Shown here: piece after piece, positions 9,964 to 18,027 of the stretch
How the letters are laid out: the number at the start of each line of letters is the position of its first letter
How positions within the stretch are numbered: position 1 is the first letter of the stretch
Sequence record: NC_048053.1
Direction: 5' to 3' (one strand)
Length of the DNA: 64,000 nt
Position numbers and translations under genes: made by a program
The notes under the pieces: model-generated
Told to the model about the DNA's origin: nothing
Database searches by the model: none
Seen by the model: the letters and a program-made list of their open reading frames with translations, nothing else

Positions 9964-10548
9964 ATGGATCTATCTGCAATTGGTTATGCAGCAAAAGATT
10001 TTCGTGTGATTCCGGTACATGATAAATCTTTCGTGCGCGATTTCCTTCATGGGGAATTTAAAGTGATGGGCATAGAGTGTAATGCTCGCGCATCATATAA
10101 TAGTCCAATTCAGACTAGACTAAAATCCATCTTCCCAAATTTGGCAGAGCAAATGAAATCTGTTCAGCCAAATAATAAGTTGTTGGGTACGACAATTCTT
10201 TCTGCTGTTAACACGCATTCGCACATACAATGCGGCTTGATTGCGAACATGTTTATCTCAACTGGATTTGGTTTAGACCGAACTGGAAAAAATAAAAGTC
10301 ATACTCCTGTAAATCGTTTTAGTGAAAAATTTCTGATCGAATCATTTCGAAATCTTGTGGCGCAACTCAGGCGACGCAATATTAACCCTGACCGCCAGAT
10401 TGCGGTACAGCGTTTCTATGGTGGCCCTGGGGGCGTTGAGTGGAAGAAAGTACAGGACGTGCTTGATTTGATTTGCGAAGAACATCGCATAAACATTCTG
10501 GCATATCTCCCGAAAGACTATGACACGCAGTTTGTGTCCGGTACTTAA
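9964..10548 (+). CDS. Divergent macrodomain protein (Poa1p/DarG/TARG1-like)
   Basis: IANMFISTGFG and IAVQRFYGGPGGVEWKKVQDVL resemble the IAxPxIGxGxGGLxWxxV macrodomain motif. Confidence 0.65.
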   Translation: MDLSAIGYAAKDFRVIPVHDKSFVRDFLHGEFKVMGIECNARASYNSPIQTRLKSIFPNLAEQMKSVQPNNKLLGTTILSAVNTHSHIQCGLIANMFISTGFGLDRTGKNKSHTPVNRFSEKFLIESFRNLVAQLRRRNINPDRQIAVQRFYGGPGGVEWKKVQDVLDLICEEHRINILAYLPKDYDTQFVSGT

Positions 10549-10563
10549 CCACTAAGGTGCGTT

Positions 10564-10878
10564 ATGATTCGACAAATTGTACACATCGCATTCGGAGACG
10601 ATACCGATACAGATCAGGAATTGATTGAGTGTATTGATTGGGACAAAGAACTCGGTTCCGTTACGTTGAGTTTCGCACGCGGCGCAACGGAAGTTATTAA
10701 AGCACTCCAAAACAACGAAAGCCTTTATGCGCAATCGTCGGAAGGAATCTATCGTGTTCAGTATTATTGTCCTTTCCGGTTTCTGGTTCCCGAAGCGAGC
10801 GCGGAGATATCGCGCATTACTTTGGGGTTGCGGTTAGTCACTTTCCATCCGGGGCAGTTTCTCGTGATGGCGGAATAA
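10564..10878 (+). CDS. Hypothetical protein
   Basis: 104 aa ORF with AAGGT SD. Confidence 0.7.
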   Translation: MIRQIVHIAFGDDTDTDQELIECIDWDKELGSVTLSFARGATEVIKALQNNESLYAQSSEGIYRVQYYCPFRFLVPEASAEISRITLGLRLVTFHPGQFLVMAE

Positions 10879-10883
10879 CAAAT

Positions 10884-11528
10884 ATGTTCGATAAAAATGA
10901 GATTGATAAACTTGTTCTGGAAATGGACTTAGGCAATGTGCTGCGTCCTACTGATGAGCTTGTTTCAGAGGTTCTCTCCCACGGGAAAACTCGCGTTCTT
11001 TCAAACTCCGGGGAAAATCTTGATCCATTCACTAAGCAATTTTTCGCTTTCTGCTGGACTCAAGTTGGGCGTTTTGGATTCAACAATCTTAATGCTGTTG
11101 AGATTGGATTCCTTACGCACATCCAGCCTTTCTATATCGCCTGCGCAATCAGTCGCTACGGTATGGATTGGGCCACTAAGTTTCTGCATATGAAAAGAAT
11201 CACGGCAATTCACCGAAGCAAATTCAGTGTGATTAAATTTCGTGATAATTATTTTTCAGTGCTGTACTTAGAACGTAATCTAAATTCAGGCCATTCCCTT
11301 AACAACATAACTCGCGAGTATCGCGGTTATATCAAGGCCGATGATGTTTCGGGATTGCGCGAAGCGGTTGCTAATTCTGGTTCATCTATCTGCGCGGTAT
11401 TCGCAGAGAAACCGATTTTCCGACTTCCGACTGACGACGAACGTAAGGCAGACGCAAAGCCTAAGCGCAAACGCACACCGAAAGGAGATTACAATCCTCG
11501 GTATAGCGGCGTCGATGCTGACTTATAA
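10884..11528 (+). CDS. Hypothetical protein
   Basis: ATG 10884 just after upstream stop; ends before a terminator. Confidence 0.7.
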   Translation: MFDKNEIDKLVLEMDLGNVLRPTDELVSEVLSHGKTRVLSNSGENLDPFTKQFFAFCWTQVGRFGFNNLNAVEIGFLTHIQPFYIACAISRYGMDWATKFLHMKRITAIHRSKFSVIKFRDNYFSVLYLERNLNSGHSLNNITREYRGYIKADDVSGLREAVANSGSSICAVFAEKPIFRLPTDDERKADAKPKRKRTPKGDYNPRYSGVDADL

Positions 11529-11531
11529 TTG

Positions 11532-11557
11532 AATGGGCGGCGCTTGCTGCCCATTTT
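11532..11557 (+). terminator. Intrinsic terminator
   Basis: TGGGCGGC-GCTT-GCTGCCCA hairpin followed by TTTT. Confidence 0.7.
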
Positions 11558-11571
11558 CATAAGGCGCAAAT

Positions 11572-11892
11572 ATGATTAGCGACATTACAGAGAATTTTAT
11601 TTATTGTTCACCTAGCGGAATTCCATTTCGCGTAAAAGAGATTGCTGCACACGGACAAGATTGTTCTCTGGCTATGGTTGTCTATGAGAATTTGGAACCT
11701 ACGAAAGATTATCCGGCATTTAAAACGTGGGTTCTTCCTGAATCTTTGTTTGTGAAACAGTTCTCTGAATATTCAGAAGGAAAGTTTTATGAACGAAACA
11801 ACATTGTTGCATCATCTAAAATCGCGCCATTGGAATGCGGAGAAGCATTTCGGTTGGCTGTCTCCAAATCAACTGACTGTTCCTTTGTATAG
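11572..11892 (+). CDS. DUF1653-like small SH3-fold protein
   Basis: FRVKEIAAHGQD..MVVYENL..WVLPESLFVKQF pattern. Confidence 0.6.
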   Translation: MISDITENFIYCSPSGIPFRVKEIAAHGQDCSLAMVVYENLEPTKDYPAFKTWVLPESLFVKQFSEYSEGKFYERNNIVASSKIAPLECGEAFRLAVSKSTDCSFV

Positions 11893-12299
11893 TTTTGATC
11901 GCGCATTGCGCGGGGTTCAGGTATACACTCCGGAAGCGCCGAAGAAAGATCCTAATCCGAAAGCGTGTCGTTATTTTACGCGAGTATTTGGTGGCAAACA
12001 GTTGGTGTGGGGAACGGAAATTATACCTGAACGGGACGACCGTATTTTTAACTGAATCAGTTTTCAAAGCGTGCGCTCTCCATAGCGTTGGAGCTAACGC
12101 GTGGTCTGTTCTTGGAAGCAAAGTGAATGTGCAATTGAAACAACAATTGAGTTTGCTTGGTCTACGCTTTGTTTGTGTTGGAGATAACGATAAGGCAGGA
12201 GAAGAATTTGCAGAAACTTTTCTGCATGGATGCACGTCTAACGATCTTGATGAGCTATCTCAAGATAAGCTGCGTGAATTGGTTAACAAATTCAGGTGA
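11789..12299 (+). pseudogene. Primase-like TOPRIM protein split by a +1 frameshift near 12030-12050
   Basis: 5' frame 11789-12055 joins TOPRIM motifs VFLTES and VGDNDKAG in frame 11895-12299; joined length ~169 aa. Confidence 0.7.
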
Positions 12300-12303
12300 A
12301 GAA

Positions 12304-12483
12304 ATGAATAAAGAACAAAAAGAATTACTTGCCGCTGTTGAGACTGCTTACGGTGGAAAGCCGAAAGTTATTTGTGATGAAACAAATAACACGGTCGAGG
12401 ATATTGAGAATAATAATCTGAATCTCACTATCGTTCTTCCTCTGCCTGCAAAGTTTATTAAGTTTGAAGCAGTAGTTCAATAG
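12304..12483 (+). CDS. Small hypothetical protein
   Basis: ATG 12304 after AGGTG; 59 aa. Confidence 0.6.
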   Translation: MNKEQKELLAAVETAYGGKPKVICDETNNTVEDIENNNLNLTIVLPLPAKFIKFEAVVQ

Positions 12484-12491
12484 GAAAACGT

Positions 12492-13334
12492 ATGATTCAC
12501 GCGAGTCCAATTAAGTTTCAAGGGAACAAGCGCCAGCTAATGCCTGTTATTACTAGCCTTCTCCCTACTGGCTGCACACGGATGATTGATGCTTTTGGTG
12601 GTAGCGGTGTTGTTACTGCCAACGTGCAATTTAAATCGCGTCTGTATATTGAAAAACATCCTCAAGTTTTCGAAATCGTTAAGCATATTTCGCAGAGCGA
12701 TCCGAAAGCAACTGTTCGCCGTATTAAAAACATGGTGAAGAAATTCGCGCTTACTAATAGCAACGAAAGACAGTTTGAGGATTTCAAAAAGTACGCGAAT
12801 TCTAAAAACGATCCGCTGTTGTTTTATATCCTGCATCGTCACGCACATAGTAACCTTCTGCGTTTCAATCTCTCTGGCGAATTCAACACGCCATTTGGTG
12901 ATCGTGGTCTGCTTGGTCGAATGGATGAAGTCGAACAGGAGATCACTAAGTTCTGTGAGCTTATGGAAGGCGTGCAATTCTACTGCGGCAGTTACACGCG
13001 CGTAGTAGAAGAACTCAATCGCAGAAAGCAACTCAATGCGAAAACGTTTTTCTATTTCGATCCTCCTTATCTGGCCTCTGGCGCGAACACATACGCCAAA
13101 TGGACAGAAGACGACGAACAACGCTTGCTGAACAATCTGGCAGGGCTTTCAAAACGTAACGTTCGTTGGATGTTGAGTAACGTTACTGAACATCGGCATT
13201 TCAAAAACCAGTTCCTGATTAAATGGTTGAAGAAAAATGATGTAAAGGTACATAAGATCGACAAGCATTATTGTTTGGCGAACTCTCATCGCGATTCTCA
13301 TGGAACAAAAGAGATTATCGTGACCAACTATTAG
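12492..13334 (+). CDS. dam: DNA adenine methyltransferase (T4 Dam/D12 class)
   Basis: SPIKFQGNK, DAFGGSG SAM motif, RFNLSGEFNTPFG, catalytic DPPY. Confidence 0.93.
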   Translation: MIHASPIKFQGNKRQLMPVITSLLPTGCTRMIDAFGGSGVVTANVQFKSRLYIEKHPQVFEIVKHISQSDPKATVRRIKNMVKKFALTNSNERQFEDFKKYANSKNDPLLFYILHRHAHSNLLRFNLSGEFNTPFGDRGLLGRMDEVEQEITKFCELMEGVQFYCGSYTRVVEELNRRKQLNAKTFFYFDPPYLASGANTYAKWTEDDEQRLLNNLAGLSKRNVRWMLSNVTEHRHFKNQFLIKWLKKNDVKVHKIDKHYCLANSHRDSHGTKEIIVTNY

Positions 13335-13347
13335 TGTGGGGTTAATC

Positions 13348-13491
13348 ATGCTTAGTTTTATCAAACACTGCGATAAAGACTTCATCGAAACAGTTCAGCG
13401 TAGCATTCTGTTGCGTGTGATTGTCTATGTAAGTTTGGCGGTCAACGCTCTCCTGCTGACCAATCTCGCCGTAAAACTTTTTATCAAGTAA
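13348..13491 (+). CDS. Small single-pass membrane protein (47 aa; absent from ORF track)
   Basis: MLSFIKHCDKDFIETVQRSILLRVIVYVSLAVNALLLTNLAVKLFIK; exactly fills the dam-13499 gap. Confidence 0.65.
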   Translation: MLSFIKHCDKDFIETVQRSILLRVIVYVSLAVNALLLTNLAVKLFIK

Positions 13492-13498
13492 GGATTGT

Positions 13499-14218
13499 AT
13501 GGAAAACTTCGCTGCTATCTCTGCCAAAAGTTTAGGTAGATTCGAGGCATACGCAAAGTGGGAATCGAAATTTGATCACGGTTCTAGTTTTGATCTCTTT
13601 GTGAAACAGTCCGAAGCTGTGCGCAAGGCTCTTTATCTCAAAGAGGAAGATCTCGATCTGCTTGGCGACGTTTGGCGAACTTATCACGTTGGTATTCCGT
13701 CTGCGAATCATCAAGTCAACATTTTGATCGCAGCGTTGAATCTCGATCCTATTCAGGAAGTTTTGCTTCGCTACAAAAACATTTACGATCAGAAAACGAT
13801 TGTTGCTACCTACGAATTAGGTGTAAACATCTACGAAGAGACTGTTCTTATTCAGACTGCTCGCCGACTGATTGATAGTAATATCGCCATGTACTGCGCA
13901 GAAGTGTTGACAAAAGATTACGATGACCGCGATTCAAATCGCTGTCTTGCTTTTCCCGGTATGCCAAATCTGCATCCACTTCTGGAAATCGCTTTCGAAT
14001 ATACAGCAAAATATTTGCTTGACGGCGATACGTTGGTCGGCAGCATGATGACTCGTTTTAACGATCAGCCTATTATTTATCGCTACCCGATGGATATGTC
14101 AGAAGACGGTAACGTTGTTATTCTGACAGGCAGTGGATCTATTTATTTGTTAGGCAAACCGCCGCGTACAGATACTGCGGCAAATCATTTGAAAGTTGTA
14201 AGGAACAACGATGACTGA
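13499..14218 (+). CDS. Hypothetical protein
   Basis: 239 aa ORF, AAGGA SD. Confidence 0.75.
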   Translation: MENFAAISAKSLGRFEAYAKWESKFDHGSSFDLFVKQSEAVRKALYLKEEDLDLLGDVWRTYHVGIPSANHQVNILIAALNLDPIQEVLLRYKNIYDQKTIVATYELGVNIYEETVLIQTARRLIDSNIAMYCAEVLTKDYDDRDSNRCLAFPGMPNLHPLLEIAFEYTAKYLLDGDTLVGSMMTRFNDQPIIYRYPMDMSEDGNVVILTGSGSIYLLGKPPRTDTAANHLKVVRNNDD

Positions 14219-14444
14219 TGTACTGAACGAGAAAGGCGAAGTATTAGGCCACGCCGACGATCCGGGCTTGCCGGGAACTCCCGGCGTTGCAGGCATTCCT
14301 GATAAACAGGAAGACCCGTTCGCCGATGAAAACTTTTTTGACAATCTGGAAATCGACGAAGATCGTATTCTGGAAATGCAGAAAGGTGGCGGTGAAATTC
14401 TGGAACCGTCCAATAAATGCGAAAGCGGTGCATGTGAAATCTAA
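14211..14444 (+). CDS. Small acidic protein ending in an NrdA-type redox tail CESGACEI
   Basis: 77 aa, AAGGA SD, overlap with upstream stop; C-terminal CxxxxC. Confidence 0.8.
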   Translation: MTDVLNEKGEVLGHADDPGLPGTPGVAGIPDKQEDPFADENFFDNLEIDEDRILEMQKGGGEILEPSNKCESGACEI

Positions 14445-14445
14445 T

Positions 14446-14478
14446 CTGTAAATAAGGGGTAAGGAAACTTACCCTTTT
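14446..14478 (+). promoter_or_regulatory. CTGTAAATA motif (candidate phage promoter) fused to hairpin/terminator
   Basis: CTGTAAATA then GGGTAAG-GAAA-CTTACCC-TTTT. Confidence 0.65.
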
Positions 14479-14517
14479 CTATTTGTGGTAGCTTTTTAAC
14501 TTTAATGGGGAAACCAT

Positions 14518-15096
14518 ATGACTTTCGAACCTGAGCACTTTCATTTCAGCCTTGCGCATGAGAAAAACTTCCTCGCATATTCCAGTATGCGTTTGATCGG
14601 TGCAACACTGACGAAAGAAAACTTCTTCGAGAAAGTTTTTCGTCCGGCAGGTGAAAAGCTGGATAGCGAGATCATGCAAATCTTCACCGATCTTCCCGGC
14701 ACGGAAGAAATGCACGCCAATATTGGGTTCGATGCCAATCGCGACTACGAAAAGGTGTTGCATGAAATTCAATTGGCGTATGAATATCATTACGACCTCT
14801 GGCGTCAAACGCACGAAGCATTAGAAAAAGTTGTTCTGAATGTGCTTTGCGCAGTGAGTGATAACAATGCTCATATGCGTTCGCCTCACTGGAAAATTCC
14901 GGACGATGTTGATTCTCGCATTTGTGTTTACGGCTGTCATTGTGGTTTCCTTGTACGACTTGCAGATCAATTCTTTGTGCGCCCTCGCCTACGCAAAGAG
15001 CTGCTCTCAAAAGATTATCCGCCAGCGATTCGTGTTCAGATTGCGGTATCTCCGAATCGCGATTTTAACTTTGCAACTCTACGCCGTGCATTCTAA
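14518..15096 (+). CDS. Hypothetical protein
   Basis: 192 aa ORF with GGGG SD. Confidence 0.75.
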   Translation: MTFEPEHFHFSLAHEKNFLAYSSMRLIGATLTKENFFEKVFRPAGEKLDSEIMQIFTDLPGTEEMHANIGFDANRDYEKVLHEIQLAYEYHYDLWRQTHEALEKVVLNVLCAVSDNNAHMRSPHWKIPDDVDSRICVYGCHCGFLVRLADQFFVRPRLRKELLSKDYPPAIRVQIAVSPNRDFNFATLRRAF

Positions 15097-15461
15097 TGAA
15101 AGAAATTCTTATCTCTCGCGAAAGAAGATCTGAAATGTTCAAACAACTTCTGGCACTTCAAACGCAATACTTCCTTGCGCGTAAATGGAAGTGGCGCGAA
15201 GGTTGGTGCGCTGGAGAGGAATGTGATGAATGGACGGATGAATCAGGCTCTATTATGTGGGCGTCTGTTCAGGATTATATTTTCTCACCAGCGAACATTA
15301 TAAACTTCATGGAGAAGCATGAAATCTCTATTGAGCATAACGGAAAAGAAAGTTACACGGCAATAACTAATACCGGGATTGTCGGTCACGGCATTTGTCA
15401 CCGTAGCGCCGTATTGACTGCAATGATAAATCACTACAGGAAAGAAAATGGAATCAATTAA
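15096..15461 (+). CDS. Hypothetical protein (weak NinX/DUF2591-like C-half)
   Basis: TAATG coupling; IINFMEKHEISI..SAVLTAMI pattern. Confidence 0.65.
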   Translation: MKEILISRERRSEMFKQLLALQTQYFLARKWKWREGWCAGEECDEWTDESGSIMWASVQDYIFSPANIINFMEKHEISIEHNGKESYTAITNTGIVGHGICHRSAVLTAMINHYRKENGIN

Positions 15462-15942
15462 TCTTCCGATCAAAGATCGTGTTCAGCATTATCCGTTCCT
15501 CGCGGCAGCGTTTAATTTGGCGAACATTTCTAAAGCGCGTCGTCGAGCGTGTGGCGCTGTTCTAGTGCGCAACATTAACGGCATTCCCACAATCATTAGC
15601 AGTGGCGTTAATGGCACTGAACCGAAAGAAGAAAATCTTTGTGAGACTCATGATCTCACTTTATCTTTACCGGGTACGGTTCACGCAGAAATTAATTGTG
15701 TGTCTGTTTTACGTCCTTCTTTGTTGGATACGGACATTCTCTATATCACGGATTCGCCGTGTGAATTCTGTCTGGAGTTTCTGAAAACAACAAATATCCG
15801 CACGGTTGTTTTCGCTCGTTGTTATCGCATTACAGAGCATATGGAAAAAGCGGAAGGCTTTCGCTTCATTCACATTCCGGAACAGGCAGTAATTGATTAT
15901 ATGACCAGTTCCGTGAACCGTATGGCGCAGGTTATTTCGTAA
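15448..15942 (+). CDS. cd: dCMP deaminase
   Basis: RRACGAVLV, SGVNG, HAE and SPCEFC zinc motifs. Confidence 0.92.
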   Translation: MESINLPIKDRVQHYPFLAAAFNLANISKARRRACGAVLVRNINGIPTIISSGVNGTEPKEENLCETHDLTLSLPGTVHAEINCVSVLRPSLLDTDILYITDSPCEFCLEFLKTTNIRTVVFARCYRITEHMEKAEGFRFIHIPEQAVIDYMTSSVNRMAQVIS

Positions 15943-15951
15943 GGCGATAAA

Positions 15952-16404
15952 ATGGAACAAGTCTACAAATGTCGAAACTGCAATCACATATATGATGGAA
16001 TTGTTAGTAGCTGTGATTGCAATAACGAACCGTTCAAATACACAACGTATTTGGCGATCCCAAAACCAACTTTGCGTAATCCAAAACTGATCGATCAATC
16101 GCTTATTTCTCCGGGCGTGTGGGTACGCAAAGGAACAACAATTTTTGCAGTGAATCCCAATAAGAAATTTATTGTAGGAACTAGTTCTTCTGAATGTGAC
16201 GATCCGGCGCAGGAAGCAGAAGCTGCAATTGCTAATGCGCGCGTAATGGGTGCAAGCAAATTAATGCTCGAAACTTTAATGGTTCTCCAATCGCATTTTC
16301 GTACACGCATTGCAGTTAATCCTGCTGCTGATGCGCCGCGTTCAATGCTGGAGTTGATCAATAACGCAATTCAGTACGCAACCGTTGATTCAGAACAGGA
16401 ATAA
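15952..16404 (+). CDS. Hypothetical protein with N-terminal Zn ribbon
   Basis: CRNC..CDC. Confidence 0.7.
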   Translation: MEQVYKCRNCNHIYDGIVSSCDCNNEPFKYTTYLAIPKPTLRNPKLIDQSLISPGVWVRKGTTIFAVNPNKKFIVGTSSSECDDPAQEAEAAIANARVMGASKLMLETLMVLQSHFRTRIAVNPAADAPRSMLELINNAIQYATVDSEQE

Positions 16405-16406
16405 AA

Positions 16407-17282
16407 ATGGACTATTATTTTTCACTCGAAGAACTAAGAACGTGGGCGCGAATCTGTCTGATCGTGATTGTGTTTGGCTCTCTCTTTTACTCAGCTTACA
16501 GCAACTATATCCGCAATAAGTATGAGAAGATCGCGCGTCGTATGTTTAATGTCGGCGAACTTGCGGCAGGGCAAGTGTGGCAGCACTACCGCAACAAACG
16601 TTTCTACACAATTCAAGTTGTGAGTAATGTAATTGCCAATGGCAAAGAGTGGCCTCTCACTATCGTATATATGACAGCGAAAGGTTATGCTGTTTATAGT
16701 CGTCCGGCACATGAATTTATTCGCAAGTTTAAATTGGTGGATGAAGAATCTAACGCACGCGAAACTCCGACGCAGAATCTTCTGGCGTTAATGTCATATG
16801 TGACTGGAAGAGTATCGTTGCCTGAACCGGGATCGGAGTGGATTCGCGAATACGGAGTGCCCACAGGAAAAATTAACGCATTAGGCCATCTGGAAATGCG
16901 TTTAATGAAAGAAAAGATTGTGGTCGATACCGTAACTAACCTCAATCAACCGTGTCCGTATGTGAACTATACAGATCAAAACGGTTCGAAGAAAACCATT
17001 ACTCTGCATCACTTCCGGCAAAGTTATGTAAAAGAACAAGTGATTACTGATCGTGTATCACATTGCATTCTAAGCAATCAAAATGTGGAAGCGTTGAAAG
17101 AAGCCACGCTTCGCGATGGTGATCGTGTAACTGTAAATCAGGTAGTAGATGACGAATTTATTGTTGTTGACTACTGCGGTATCTCTGCGAAACTCGAATT
17201 TAATTCCACTAAAGGTTTTTACGTGGGCGCAGAATATGTTATTAACGAAGGCTGTCTGACGATAGGGAAAAATGATGAGTAA
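16407..17282 (+). CDS. Membrane-anchored protein with DUF1653-like domain(s)
   Basis: N-terminal TM ICLIVIVFGSLFYSAY; GQVWQHYRNKRFY..IVY..YSRPAHEF. Confidence 0.7.
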   Translation: MDYYFSLEELRTWARICLIVIVFGSLFYSAYSNYIRNKYEKIARRMFNVGELAAGQVWQHYRNKRFYTIQVVSNVIANGKEWPLTIVYMTAKGYAVYSRPAHEFIRKFKLVDEESNARETPTQNLLALMSYVTGRVSLPEPGSEWIREYGVPTGKINALGHLEMRLMKEKIVVDTVTNLNQPCPYVNYTDQNGSKKTITLHHFRQSYVKEQVITDRVSHCILSNQNVEALKEATLRDGDRVTVNQVVDDEFIVVDYCGISAKLEFNSTKGFYVGAEYVINEGCLTIGKNDE

Positions 17283-18027
17283 TTATCCGCAACTGGATCT
17301 CACCAAAGAGCGTGATTTCGAAATGTATGCCTATGACAATTACGATTGTCTTTATATGGGGCGCGTCGATGCAATAAAAGAAGAAGGGCGTCCTGTAAGC
17401 GATCCTAAGCGTACAGAAGATCAATGGCGTACAATTCCCGGTTGCGTTATTCAACTCGCAAATACAGCAATGGCTTTTCCTGCGCCGCTTTCGAAAAAAG
17501 CAAATTGGGTTGCTGCGGTAGATGAAAGCTGCTGGTTCATGCGTGGTGAGACAAACATCAATACGCTCAATTCCAAAATTTGGGATGAGTGGGCTGATGA
17601 GTCTGGTGAGTGTGGCCCGATTTATGGTGAAATGTGGCGGCGTTGGCCTGACCTCAAAGCATTCTTCGATTACACGCAACCTACTGGCGTGTGTCCGTCC
17701 CCTGATGTTCTTCGCATACGCAAAGAAATTCTGCGTATGCGTGCTGCTGGATACAAAGAAACTTTAATGAACGATGGTCGCATTCTGTTCGAAGGTGAAA
17801 TCGATCAGTTGTTGGAAGCATTAATTGCAATCAAAGAGCGTTCACGCTCGCGTCGTATTCGTGTTCAGGCGTTCAATCCTTCTTATTTGCATATGCAGGG
17901 ATTACCGCCGTGCCATACTGGTTTTGAATTTAACGTGTTGCCTTCGACTCTGTATGAGCAAACGATCATGCGTGCGGCACACGGCGAAGCATTCGAAGAA
18001 ACTTTGCACGTCAGCGTGTTCCTGCGT
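17272..18027 (+). CDS. thyA: Thymidylate synthase, exon 1
   Basis: IWDEW, GPIYG, SRRI, catalytic PPCH, ends ...FLR. Confidence 0.92.

Noticed and set aside
13342-13527. Minus-strand 61-aa ORF in the dam gap
   Set aside because: A + strand 47-aa membrane ORF with an SD fits the gap and the arm's orientation better.
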